This document shows positions 21,771 through 34,045 of a stretch of DNA of 39,925 bases, one piece after another (the first letter of the stretch is position 1; every line of letters starts with the position of its first letter). Source of the stretch: Octopus bimaculoides (lineage: Eukaryota); assembly GCF_001194135.2 (NCBI RefSeq), contig NC_068981.1:126310676-126350600 (forward strand). Direction: 5' to 3'. The position numbers were made by a program, and so were the translations under genes. The notes beneath the pieces were generated by a model that did not search any database, had not been told where the DNA came from, and saw nothing but the letters and a program-made list of their open reading frames with translations.

Positions 21771-21964
21771 TTGTTAACTCGTATTGTCACTGCTGTGAGA
21801 ATTAATGACACTGCAAAGACATTGAAAAACAAAAAACAAAAAACAAAAAAATGATTTGTCAACATTTACTTATTCCTGGAAATAAACTGTCTACACTAAG
21901 GATAAAATGTGAACGAAATACCGAAATATCAGTTCTCAATTAAATTACAAAGTATTTCTAGACA

Positions 21965-22310
21965 TAGTTTCGGGTTCATCTCCATTGCACGAAACCTTGG
22001 GCAGTGTCTTCTACGATAGCCCCGGGCCCATTAATGCCTTGTCAGTGAATTAAGCAAAAAAAAAAAAAAAANNNNNNNNNNAAAAAAAAAAAAAAAAAGC
22101 TGTGTATGTATGTATGTATGTATGTATGTATGTATGTATGGGTTTGTCCCCAACCACTTTACTTCCTTGTAACATAGCTGTTTGGCAAAAGAGGCCAATA
22201 AAATAAATATCAAACTTAAAAATAAGTATTGGGGTCGATTTGTTCGACTAAATCTATCAGGACAGTGCCCTAGTATGGCCACAGTCTAATAACTCATAAA
22301 TAATAGAAAA
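21965..22310 (+). mobile_element. SINE family 2 (CORE-like), 5'-truncated
   Basis: accttgggcagtgtcttctacgatagc, poly-A/gap/(TATG)n linker and the family tail. Confidence 0.8.
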
Positions 22311-24034
22311 ATAAAAAAATAAAACCAAGACAAAAGCAACACGCGATTACAAAATTCCCAAAATATTGAGTTTTGAATCATTACCACATTGTATCGATTT
22401 TATGATAACTTTTATGATTGGTTTCTCTTTGATCACATGTGTTTAGCTAAGAAGGCCTTGGCTTATTTTCCAATGTCATTATTTTTAATTGTCGAGTCAA
22501 TGAAATAATTTTCACGTTAAAGCTATAAACTTCTGTAGTCGGTAGCTTTGCGTTGATTATGCTTCGCTGTCCAGAGTAGACCTCATGGATACCGAAAACC
22601 AGGCTCACTCTCTACATACAGTAAAATTTATATAAGTTTTGTTTAATGGAAATTTTATGAATTTTCTCCCGTTTTTAGTGAGAATAATTTTCATTAATAC
22701 TAATGAATTTTGTTCTCATTTCAGTTGCCTAAAAATTATTTTCGATCCACCATTTCATGTGTGGTAGCTTGCGCTTGACTGAACGTTCTTCACAGAAAAT
22801 CGTACTTGAGATATTTTCAATATTATTAAAAGCTCTATGTATGTACCATATTATGTTATTTTCGGGCACAGTCGGAATCTGTAGCATACTAAATCTGTCA
22901 TGTTTATTTATATTCAGCACAGTGAAAATTACGAAAATTTAAAAAAAGAAATGGAAAACTATGTTTTTATATACAAGTGAAAAACATTGGAAATTTATTA
23001 ACATATGTCTTCTCTCTCATTTTACAACCTCCTGTGACAACAAGTAACGACTAACATATTTGACCGCCTTTCTGTCACTGTCATTTGAATCATTGTGCTG
23101 TCCTTTCTTTCGAGCTGATCAATGTTAGGTTCTGTTTTGGTTAGTCACCGTTTAATTTTTTTCGTATTCTAAAACAATTTCGATGCATTCTTTCCGATAA
23201 ATAAAATTTATATAAAGAAAAACACCCGCAAGATGTGCCATTTCGGAAGCATTCTATTTTTGATATCCACACAAACTTGGTGTGAAAACGCGTAGACAAT
23301 GAATAAACTAAGAATATGTGTTTATACAGGTCGTCTATTTTTGAGTCACAGTAAATTGTTTTCTGAGTTGTTTCGCTGTTTCGCTTTTGGTTGTGTTTCA
23401 GTATTATTTGGCAGCATCACTTCTTCAAACGTTATCTCTGCTGTCATAACGAAGGCTGTAAAAAAAAAACTATTGCTATTTAAAAGTTGAAGTTTTAAGA
23501 CAGCTGTTTTAATCTCTGATGTCAGTGTGCTCCAAAGAGAGTCTAATATTTGTTTAAAAAGTTATCTTTTGGTGGTCTTTTCTGTCGTTAATGATAAATT
23601 TACTCCCCAGTAAACACGGTGTTACCAGTATACAAATAACATCATGATTAATTATATTTTGTTTTAATGTGGACAATGGTGAACTTTGGATTTTACTGAA
23701 ACTATTGTCCGCCTATTCTGTCCAATATTCCTTAAGTCCGTTATAAAATTAGAAATAGAACAAATCAATTTTATTTCATGTAAACAATAAGAATAAACAT
23801 CTTATTATTCCACGCATCCTTTCCTCCTCCGTCACGCCTCCCAAAACAAGTTGCAGGTTGATTACTGACTGTACTGGTGGAGACGGCAATATATTTTTCG
23901 AATGTACCCTTCTGACTAAGATCCTAATTAATTCACACGTCGGATGATACAGTATGGCTGTTCTTTCAAACAGTCATACTGTATCATACTCCATCACACA
24001 CACACTCACGCGCGCGCATGTATGTGCTTGTGTA

Positions 24035-24035
<1 letters not shown>

Positions 24036-24080
<45 letters not shown>
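24036..24080. repeat. (AT)n microsatellite
   Basis: Direct inspection. Confidence 0.95.
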
Positions 24081-24083
<3 letters not shown>

Positions 24084-24104
24084 CATATTGCAGCTTTTGG
24101 TGGT

Positions 24105-25052
24105 CGTATTCGCGCCAGGCACCAAGCTGTGGCAGGGATGTATATCGTCGCCTCTCCTTTTCATAATCTTTATGAACTGGATTGATATACGCAGCCACTG
24201 TGGAAGTAGTATTACAGTTAGTGGGTGTAGGATCACTCGGCTGATATTTGTAGAGGACATGGAGCTTCTTGACTCATCAGAAGGTGATAACCAGCATGCG
24301 CTAAATGGGTTCGCAGCCGAGTGCGGCAAGATAGGGAAGAGAATTAGTGTTGCGAAGACTGAGACATGGGTCCTCTCAAGAAAGTCTTCCAAATGCAGTT
24401 CGCAAGTTATTGGACCATCACTGAGACAAGTGGAGAAGTTTTAGTATCTCGGAACCTTATTTACGAGTGATGAGAAGCAGGAGGTTAGATAAGATGCTAG
24501 AATTGCAAGTGCTGACACAGTAATACGCCATCTCCAGCATTCGATCCTCAGAAGAGGAGAGGTCGGCAAAAAAGCCGAACTCGCTATTTTTATTGGTGTT
24601 CGTGCTTATCCTCAAATATGGTGATGAATGTTGGGTAATGACCAAAAGAGTACGAGCTCGAATATAAGTACCTGAAATGGGGTTCCTTCGAAAGATCTCT
24701 GGATTAACGTTATTCAACAGGGTGCGTAGTTCAGAAATCAGAGAGTCTACCCCGGTTGAGCCGCTAATTCTCCGCATTGAGCTCTGTACTACGGACATGT
24801 GATTAAAATATCACAGGAAAGAATCGCGTAACGGATTCGTTAAGCCGAGTTAACAGGAAGGAAACCTAGGGGTAGACCAAGATCGAAGTGGTTGTATAAT
24901 ATTCAGAGTCTCACTTGGTCACGCTTAGGAATCCAACTGAAAAGTCTAATGACAGTTGTTTCTGATAGGACCCTATGGAGGAGGTGCCTGAGGATTCTAA
25001 CCCCAACGGTTCTCCTAAGAATAGTGAGCGGAGGAGATTGGATGGGTGGATG
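24105..25052 (+). mobile_element. RTE-clade LINE, RT C-half to 3' end
   Basis: QGCISSPLLFIIFM (QG-x-x-LSPLLF), LIFVEDMELL (FADD), VEKF*YLG, YGDECWVMTKR, EMGFLRKISG and GRKPRGRPRSKWL; ggatgggtggatg tail. Confidence 0.92.
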
Positions 25053-28000
25053 TAGAATGTGTTAGCAGTGTTAGCACCATTATATTTAAGGAGACAGGAC
25101 ATAGTATTTTCTTAAAGCAGGAGGTGGGAAGTGATACTGGGTGGAAGGTAGATTGTTTGGGTAATGCAATATCAAATGGTTGATATTCGGACTTGGATAA
25201 AGACAAATGAACGGAGATTAGTTCTGTGCACTTGAGAATATTTGTGGAGGTAAATGACAAGAAATTATCTTTGGAATTAATGAATTTGATGAAAGGTTTT
25301 GCTACTGTCTATGGTGACGAGCTTGATTTAAGTTTATTAAGACCAAAACTCGTATGATTATAACATAAAAGAGTGTCAGATTCTTTGGGGCTCATACTGG
25401 GGTCACTGATATATTCATGGCCTCCTAATGCTCATAATTTTGGATAATTAATCGGTCACTGATTTGATTAGATAATCTAGATTTATTGCGGAGGAATCAC
25501 AAACTGACGTTTTCCTGTTTTGCAATAGGAAGAATGTTTAAAAAATGACGTTTGACGTGACTAATTCAAATGACAAACAGGAAGGTGGAGGCTTTCAGAA
25601 CATTTATCTATATACAAAGTAAACAATATTTTTAAAAGTGTCTAAACGGAAACAAAATGGAAAGAATGAATATAGATAATGTAATACGAATGGCTTTGCT
25701 ATTAGATTGATTGTCTCTCTTATCGGCTAAATTACCGCTTGGAGCATAAGTATTAATCTTGAAGTGTTAGGCAATGGTGATCAGTGCATAAGATACGATC
25801 ATGGCAAATGTTCCATTTCGTATTCAGTAATCTATTGCCGTTGGTACTTGAAAATATATCGAAGCTTGTAGAATTTAGATACAGGATAGTAACGAGGATC
25901 TATTTTAAAATGTTGATATGTCTGAAAGACTGTCAAAATGGGAACAATTTAATTGCTTTAGCAGAAGGTTAATCAAAAGAAATCAAAGTCTATGCACAAA
26001 AATTTACTAAGTGTATCTTAACTTCACCTGAAAATCTGAATTTTTCCCAATCCTACGGTGCTTTCATTCTTTCTTCTTTAATCTTGTAGCGGATATTACA
26101 AATTGTTTTTAACTTTCAAAGAATCATTTCGCAGTGTAACATCATCTTTTTTCATCAAATTTTGATTAAATATTAATTACTAATTTTCCAGTGTCCATTA
26201 TAGCAAAAATGTTCTATTTACTCTTGTAAAAGATTTTGATCCGAGATAACCTTCATGGGCCATAAACAATTAGTCTCCTTCATCTTCTACCCAAATTCTT
26301 GAACATGTAAACAATTTAAAAGATTCATGCTGAAAGTAAGGCTTGGAAGCTTGTCAAATCACCAAAATCTTTAGTGTTTTCTGTAATAAAATAGTCACAG
26401 AGACAATTTTGGTGAATGAAGGCTTTCGACTCCATCGAACAAGAAATATTATACTGAAGATACTAGCAGAACTTGTCATTGTTTTAAAATCACTGCTGTA
26501 CTAAAATAATTGTATTTCAAATGACTTCCAAAAATACCGAGACTACAAGTGTTATATTCAAATAAGTAGATTGTAACATATTTACAACTTGTAAACACCA
26601 CAGGAAATATCAAATAAATTGTGTTACAGGAAAATAATCGTACGCGTGGCGTATTTTTGTACGCCACACCAAGAAAAATATGTAAATCACTTCACACCCG
26701 CTTACTTGATACAGGGATTCATTATTAGCCTGAAAGAAAATCTTTTCACCTAACTGCACCAGGTAAATTTTAGGTTTGTGTATTTTAGCAGCATGTTCAA
26801 TCAAGTGAGATATTTTGATAAAGAAATATCAGTTGGTTGTCTCATGCCGTGCAAAGAGGTAGAAGTGCTTAGTAGGCATAGCATCAATGTGAGGTTGAAA
26901 ATATAAGTCAGCAACGTACTAGCAAGCCTTTCTAAACATTGTACAGAGTCAGTTCAAACCTGTGGGATGTTATTAACAGTTGTGGATCTGGAAGCTACTC
27001 AATGTTAATAGCATCAACATACGTATATGTGTATTTAGGCATCATTCATATTTTAAATTAGATGAATAGCACTCAATTCGGCTCGATAAGATTCTTTAGT
27101 TCACATTCAAATAGCTATAAACTGTGAGATACTGAATTTTGTGAATGATGTCATGCCTTAGAATAAGGTTATATTTTGCTGTTTGGACAGATGGTGATAT
27201 GAATTTAATATTTCACACCAGCTTGACATAAACAACATCTATTATCGCAACGTGGTAGTTTTGCTGTATACTTATCTCAGTTTTTTCGTTTAGTAGATAA
27301 ATGTCTGAGATTTCTTTATATTTATTTATATTTAAAAAACAAAATCAATTGTATATTAAAAACAAATCATTATTTTTGAGACTAGTTACTGTCGTCTGGC
27401 AGAGATAAGATCATAATTCGTCTTTATTTTATTTCACTTTGTTTTTACATTTCTGATGCCCTTGAAAAAGTATGTATGTTACACGCTTTCATTTCTTCTC
27501 ACGTCTTGTGTTGATGTAAGTGATCAATATGAGAATGTTATGAATATTCCAAGCACCCATTTCATTTTACTTCAATATATTGAGCTTCTGTTATCAAGAA
27601 GAAAAAATAGAAAAATATATATTGAAGTCTTCCGTTGTATAAGATGACAAAATTGTTTTCTTGTGTTTTGAACATTATGAGGTCTATGTAAATAAGTATG
27701 TATATNNNNNNNNNNNNNNNNNNNNNNNNNNNNNNNNNNNNNNNNNNNNNNNNNNNNNNNNNNNNNNNNNNNNNNNNNNNNNNNNNNNNNNNNNNNNNNN
27801 NNNNNNNNNNNNNNNNNNNNNNNNNNNNNNNNNNNNNNNNNNNNNNNNNNNNNNNNNNNNNNNNNNNNNNNNNNNNNNNNNNNNNNNNNNNNNNNNNNNN
27901 NNNNNNNNNNNNNNNNNNNNNNNNNNNNNNNNNNNNNNNNNNNNNNNNNNNNNNNNNNNNNNNNNNNNNNNNNNNNNNNNNNNNATATATATATACATAC

Positions 28001-28534
28001 ACGCATTTTGTACATAGTTATGAATGGATATGCCTCTTTAGTAGACTCAACGGATGAATCTCTAAAATGGTTTACACGTTCCACTGACTATTTATATTTG
28101 TAAGATCCCAATTAGTTTTGTTTTGCAGTTTCTTTTAGATAATTATTTGATTAATGAACATTTTTACTCTAACAGTTTCATTTTCTTGAGTTGAATCAAC
28201 GATTAAGATTGTGAATGAAAATCTATAACGTTAGTAGTGAAGCTGAAGTTTCTGTATTAGTTCTGGGTAAATGTGTTTGTTCGTAACTTTATATGACATT
28301 TCCGCATGTTTGTATGACAGATTATCTTCAAGATAATCGCCACAAAAGCATTTGACGTATGGCTTCTGTCACAGAACGATGTACTTGCATTTTTAGTTAT
28401 TTTCATTGAAATATTTCTGCAAGATTCTTTTTCTAATTAAAAGGTGTCCGTACAATCCATGTTTCTGGCTGCCTTTTACATATATCTTTAAGCAATAGAC
28501 GTTCAAACAGCCAAGTAGTATTTAATTACGTCAC

Positions 28535-28615
28535 TTTACGTTCATATTCAGAATGTCACCAAAGCCAACTTTATCTTTCCTCCCTCTGGGGTCAACAAAA
28601 TTAGTATCAGTAATG
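28535..28615 (+). mobile_element. SINE family 1 central-block remnant
   Basis: caactttatctttcctccctctggggtcaacaaaattagtatcag. Confidence 0.55.
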
Positions 28616-28897
28616 AACTGAAAGTTGTCCTTAATCAACTATTTCCTCAGCCAAGATTTTAGGCTGTGCTAGAAATCAATATTTCCGGTGAATAAACATT
28701 GTATATAGTTTCACGATATTTTTGTGTATCAGCGGAAAGTTCAGATAGTTAATACTTTGCTGACAGAATAACAGAGTAATCACTATTATAATCTGGGAGA
28801 CGAGGTCAATTTCCTTTATAACAACGTGCTATATTTTTTCATAAGGCAATGTTAGCAAAGCCAATTGTTGAATTTTTCTCTATTTGTGTTTCAATGT

Positions 28898-29119
28898 TGT
28901 TGTGTCGACGCCCCCAGGCGAAGAAGTAGGATCTCCCAAGACATATAAATAGAGGTAATCTGGCCGTGGTAGGTGTGTTGAGTAGCAGTCGAGTAGCAGT
29001 TGTGTAGCGGTTGAGTAGAGATCATCCGAAGGTGCTAGATAGCAGTAGCGTTGAGCCGTAACAGTAGCGACGAGGATTTCGTAGCTCACACAGTCACTGG
29101 TAGTATTTGAGACATAACA
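28898..29119 (+). mobile_element. Solo LTR, 222 bp
   Basis: TG...CA ends with inverted termini tgttgtgtc/gacataaca (8 of 9). Perfect 5-bp TSD aatgt at 28893-28897 and 29120-29124. TATAAATA at 28944-28951. Confidence 0.88.
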
Positions 29120-29350
29120 AATGTATTAGGAGAAAATAATTTATATTATTCACAGCGAGTAGTTAGGAATATGCAACGCTTTAATTTGTAAATGTCTAAG
29201 CTCATGTAACAACCCGCGGATGTTTTGGATCTACCATTGAATTGAAGCTACGTGTTATGGCTAGAGTGCATAACCTTCTCCCTACTCATAACAGTTTTTA
29301 TCTTGGCGGTATAGTGCCTGAGACTGAGAAAAAAATAGACGTTTTGCATC

Positions 29351-29561
29351 TCACACTTTAGCATTCAGGTTACTCTGTCAAATGCAATGCTTATTTATTT
29401 ACATTGTTTTGAATTAATCATGCATTATCTCATCGCTTTGAGATTTCGATGATGTGATTGTGTATTTTTAAAATGACGTGATGCCAGATCTGGCTTGTTT
29501 AAACATAAAACAAGTAGAATATCTGGACCAGCTATGGTTGGTTCAAACGCTAAAGGATTAA
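29351..29561. mobile_element. piggyBac-type (TTAA) MITE, decayed
   Basis: Ends ..ctttagcattc and aacgctaaaggattaa are imperfect inverted repeats. The right end finishes in TTAA; the left TTAA is decayed. Confidence 0.6.
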
Positions 29562-30683
29562 TTTGCATTCTGTCGATTTTTCTAGTTCACTTTTGATAAT
29601 TAGAGCATATATTGGCACACTGCCAGGTGTTTGCCAGGGGAAGGTGTAATCCATTGTTACAATCCAACAGTAATTGATTGGTAATTTTATTATNNNNNNN
29701 NNNNNNNNNNNNNNNNNNNNNNNNNNNNNNNNNNNNNNNNNNNNNNNNNNNNNNNNNNNNNNNNNNNNNNNNNNNNNNNNNNNNNNNNNNNNNNNNNNNN
29801 NNNNNNNNNNNNNNNNNNNNNNNNNNNNNNNNNNNNNNNNNNNNNNNNNNNNNNNNNNNNNNNNNNNNNNNNNNNNNNNNNNNNNNNNNNNNNNNNNNNN
29901 NNNNNNNNNNNNNNNNNNNNNNNNNNNNNNNNNNNNNNNNNNNNNNNNNNNNNNNNNNNNNNNNNNNNNNNNNNNNNNNNNNNNNNNNNNNNNNNNNNNN
30001 NNNNNNNNNNNNNNNNNNNNNNNNNNNNNNNNNNNNNNNNNNNNNNNNNNNNNNNNNNNNNNNNNNNNNNNNNNNNNNNNNNNNNNNNNNNNNNNNNNNN
30101 NNNNNNNNNNNNNNNNNNNNNNNNNNNNNNNNNNNNNNNNNNNNNNNNNNNNNNNNNNNNNNNNNNNNNNNNNNNNNNNNNNNNNNNNNNNNNNNNNNNN
30201 NNNNNNNNNNNNNNNNNNNNNNNNNNNNNNNNNNNNNNNNNNNNNNNNNNNNNNNNNNNNNNNNNNNNNNNNNNNNNNNNNNNNNNNNNNNNNNNNNNNN
30301 NNNNNNNNNNNNNNNNNNNNNNNNNNNNNNNNNNNNNNNNNNNNNNNNNNNNNNNNNNNNNNNNNNNNNNNNNNNNNNNNNNNNNNNNNNNNNNNNNNNN
30401 NNNNNNNNNNNNNNNNNNNNNNNNNNNNNNNNNNNNNNNNNNNNNNNNNNNNNNNNNNNNNNNNNNNNNNNNNNNNNNNNNNNNNNNNNNNNNNNNNNNN
30501 NNNNNNNNNNNNNNNNNNNNNNNNNNNNNNNNNNNNNNNNNNNNNNNNNNNNNNNNNNNNNNNNNNNNNNNNNNNNNNNNNNNNNNNNNNNNNNNNNNNN
30601 NNNNNNNNNNNNNNNNNNNNNNNNNNNNNNNNNNNNNNNNNNNNNNNNNNNNNNNNNNNNNNNNNNNNNNNNNNNNNNNNNNN

Positions 30684-30716
30684 CCACCACCAACAACAAC
30701 AACAACAACAACAACA

Positions 30717-30756
<40 letters not shown>

Positions 30757-30772
30757 GCCACAGCTGCTGCTG
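30684..30772. repeat. (CAA)n(CTA)n(CTG)n compound repeat
   Basis: Direct inspection, starting at the gap edge. Confidence 0.95.
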
Positions 30773-30920
30773 CGTTCATTGGAATGTTTATTTGAGTGTA
30801 AATTCATATTTAGTTTTTTAAATAATCACTACTAATTAAATGTGACTTTGTCTCACACACAAACATATAACATCACACAGAACGCGCACATATACACACA
30901 GACACACATAAATGTATGTA

Positions 30921-31320
30921 TTCTTTTACGCTTTTACTTGTTTCAGTCATTTGACTTCGGCCAAGCTGGAGCACCACCTTTAGTCGAGCAAATCGACCCT
31001 AGAGCTTATTCTTTGTAAGCCTAGTACTTATTCTATCATTCGCTTTTGCCGAACCGCTAAGTTACGGGGAGGTAAACACACTAGCATCAGTTGGCAAGCG
31101 ATGTTGGGGTGGGGGACAAACCAAACACAGAAACACAAACATATATATATATATATACGGCGGGCTTCTTCCAGTTTCCGTCTACCAAATCCACTCACAA
31201 GGCTTTGGTCGGCCCGAGGTTATAGTAGAAGACACTTGGCCAAGGTACCACACAGTGAGACTGAACCCAGGACCATGTGGTTGGTAAGCACGCTACTTAC
31301 CACACGGCCACTCCTGCGCC
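30921..31320 (-). mobile_element. SINE family 2 (CORE-like), full length
   Basis: Reverse complement gives head ggcgcaggagtggccgtgtggtaag, then ggtaccttggccaagtgtcttctactataacc, (TA)n linker and full tail. Confidence 0.9.
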
Positions 31321-31321
31321 A

Positions 31322-31437
31322 ATGTGTGTGTGTGTGCGCGCGCGCGCAGTATATATATATATATATATATATGTATATAAGTATGCGCGTATGTGTATAT
31401 ACGTGTGTGTGTGCATGTGTATACATGTATGCGTGTT

Positions 31438-31468
<31 letters not shown>

Positions 31469-31543
31469 ATAAGCATGTGTATGCATGTATATATATATGT
31501 ATGTACATTTATATATGTACACAGACGCTTATTCTTGAATATG

Positions 31544-31620
<77 letters not shown>

Positions 31621-31670
31621 GTATGTATGTATGTATGGATGCATGTATGCATGCATGCGTGTGCGCGTGT
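31322..31670. repeat. (AT)n/(GT)n/(ATGT)n compound microsatellite
   Basis: Direct inspection. Confidence 0.95.
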
Positions 31671-32076
31671 TTGCTGAAGCAGTCGAAACAGTCGAAATAC
31701 ATTCTAAGATAGTCATTAAATCATAAAGCGACAGCGTCATTATTAAATCTATCATAGACTACTGTCCTTACTTCTAATGGAAATAAATATACAACTAGTT
31801 GTGTGTCTCCGCTTGTATATACACACACGCGTATAAGTATGTAAGTGTAAGCCTGTACGTATGTATAACCTCATATAAGTAATCGGTTGGTATGCAAAGT
31901 ATTTTTTAATGTTGAGAAATATATTCCAAACGAGATGTATACTTTTATCTTCAAGTCATTGGCCCACATTAAGCACCATAATAGATTTCAACACACACAT
32001 AGGCATAACACATACATGCATGCAGACATAAGCTCCTTCATACTTAAACCCTCTTTACACGTTTATAAATGCCTTT

Positions 32077-32352
32077 ATGTATGTATGTATGTATGTCTCT
32101 TCTATTTTTTTAATTATTATAAATCTTCCACTGAGGAGGGAGCCGGTTTCCAACAAAGATACATCTTTGGGATGTAGTTAACACAGACAAATTCACATTT
32201 GGAACTTGAGAAAAGTCTTGCATATTTTACTGTTTCACTCACAGATTGCGCTTGTAATGTACGAATTAGTCGGTCGATTTCTCTTTCTGAAAATCCCAGT
32301 TTATCCAGATTCTCCTTTAAGCATTTACTAACAAAACCTAGTGTTCCAATTA
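32077..32352 (-). mobile_element. R4-type RLE LINE extreme 3' end with (ACAT)n tail
   Basis: VIGTLGFVSKCLKENLDKLGFSEREIDRLIRTLQAQSVSETVK aligns with the C-terminus at about 355-525. Confidence 0.85.
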
Positions 32353-34045
32353 CACTGGGCAATAAAAAAAATTTTTGTCATGCTATTTAAACTTTTTCAG
32401 CTGATTTAGAATAATTTTAGAGTGCCGAATCCGAATCTGACATCGGTTTTCAGACAGCATGTGTAGTTTTTTAGTTATTCACAGCATCAGATTTTCCAAT
32501 CAATTGATAGTATTGATAAAGTGGTAGGCTATTTGCTTTCGATTTTCATTCATATACTCATCACTGAAACAAAAATAAGTGCTGATAGAGGGAAATGTAG
32601 GCTACCTGTTAAATTGCCACACAAGATGAGAATTTATTTTACTTTGTTATCGCTGTTATTATAGTAAAGTTCTCCTCACAGTAGGCTATTGATATTAGGT
32701 TATAGTAAGACTCTCAGACTCCCTTTTCTTGATAACTGCTAGTGCTGTTACAACAAAGTACATCAAATAAGAGAGTCAGGTTATATGAAAAGTAGTTTAG
32801 TAGTAAGTTTAGTTATTTATTAAAGTGATCAATGTTTGAAATTTAGAGATGGAAAAAATTGTTTCGTGATAGCCATAGCTTCAGTTCATTCTGTAATAAT
32901 TTCAATGATTTCTTTTGAGAAATATATTTTGATGTTTTACAGTTGATTAATTTTGTATTTTAGTTTGCTGATAGACATCATTGAGTGTTAGTTTAGGTTA
33001 TTACTATATGTATTTATGATGAGCAGAAAAGTTTTTTGTTAAATCACCCAGACAGCTTTTGTTACGTGTGTGGAAAATTTACACCAAAACATCAGAGAAA
33101 TAAGCTTACAAAGAAATTTTTAAATGCTTACAAGCTTTACTTTGGGTGCAAAGTTTGGGACCAAGATAAACTGTGAGCGCCTCAGGTTTGTTGCAAAAAC
33201 TGCTACATAGTACTAACCCAATGGCTGAATGGTAAACGGATAAGTATGCCATTTGCAGTACCAATGATATGGCATCAACCAACAAGCCAGTATACCGATT
33301 GTTATTTCTGTTTAACTAACATCACAGGTTTCTCTAAGAAGAACAAATTCAAGATTGTTTATCCAGATTACCCTTCAGTTTTGAAACCAGTTGCTCATAC
33401 TGTTGAAAATATTCCAATTCCAGAACCTCCTTCATCTTTTGACAAAGATAGTTTAAGTGAAGAAAGTACTGCATCTACTTCAATTGAAGGCGTGCCGAGT
33501 GATACAGCAGATCACTGTGATGAACTAAGATCTTCAAAAAAAGTGCCTCATTTATTAAGTTATCTTGAGTTAAATGATTTAGTTAGAGACTTGGGTTTAA
33601 CAAAATAAAAATCAGAACTACTGGGCTCCAGGTTGAAACAATGGAATCTTTTACACGATGATGTAAAATGCTCGTATTTTCGAAAACGGTATACAGAATT
33701 GCATGAATTTTTTTATGGAGAAAGACGGTATTTGTTTTTGTTGTGATGCTGAAGGACCCCTACATGAGATGGGGTACGGCCATAATCCTGAAGAATGGAG
33801 NNNNNNNNNNNNNNNNNNNNNNNNNNNNNNNNNNNNNNNNNNNNNNNNNNNNNNNNNNNNNNNNNNNNNNNNNNNNNNNNNNNNNNNNNNNNNNNNNNNN
33901 NNNNNNNNNNNNNNNNNNNNNNNNNNNNNNTCCAGCAAAGCAAGCCTAAAAGCTGTTTTGCTGCATAATGGCAATCAAACGCCTTCAATACCACTAGCAC
34001 ATGCTGTAGGATTAAAGGAAACTTATGAATCAATGGATAAAACTT
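32353..34045 (+). mobile_element. Chapaev3-like (CACTA/Mirage/Chapaev) DNA transposon, left end plus transposase N-half
   Basis: Starts tta|CACTGGGCAA. The ORF relic from 33016 reads NHPDSFCYVCG..AYKLYFG..DQDKL*APQVCC..C..W..PFAVPMIW.QP..DCYFC..ELNDLVRDLGL.K..SELLGSRLKQWNLL..EEW..SSKASLKAVLLHNGN..KETYE. Family assignment is from recalled Chapaev3 motifs. Confidence 0.75.

Noticed and set aside
26646-26667. 8-bp GC-rich hairpin gtggcgta-tttttg-tacgccac
   Set aside because: Several 8-bp stems are expected by chance in 40 kb, and no CTRR Helitron end follows
26706-26729. Possible 24-nt minus-strand microexon (ttttctttcag|GCTAAT..TATCAA|gtaagc)
   Set aside because: Short pyrimidine tract, a competing AG just upstream and no partner exons; such matches are expected by chance
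29550-30795. ORFs of 100-400 aa made mostly of X (also near 6328, 9410, 27562, 34875 and 36098)
   Set aside because: Produced by N gaps
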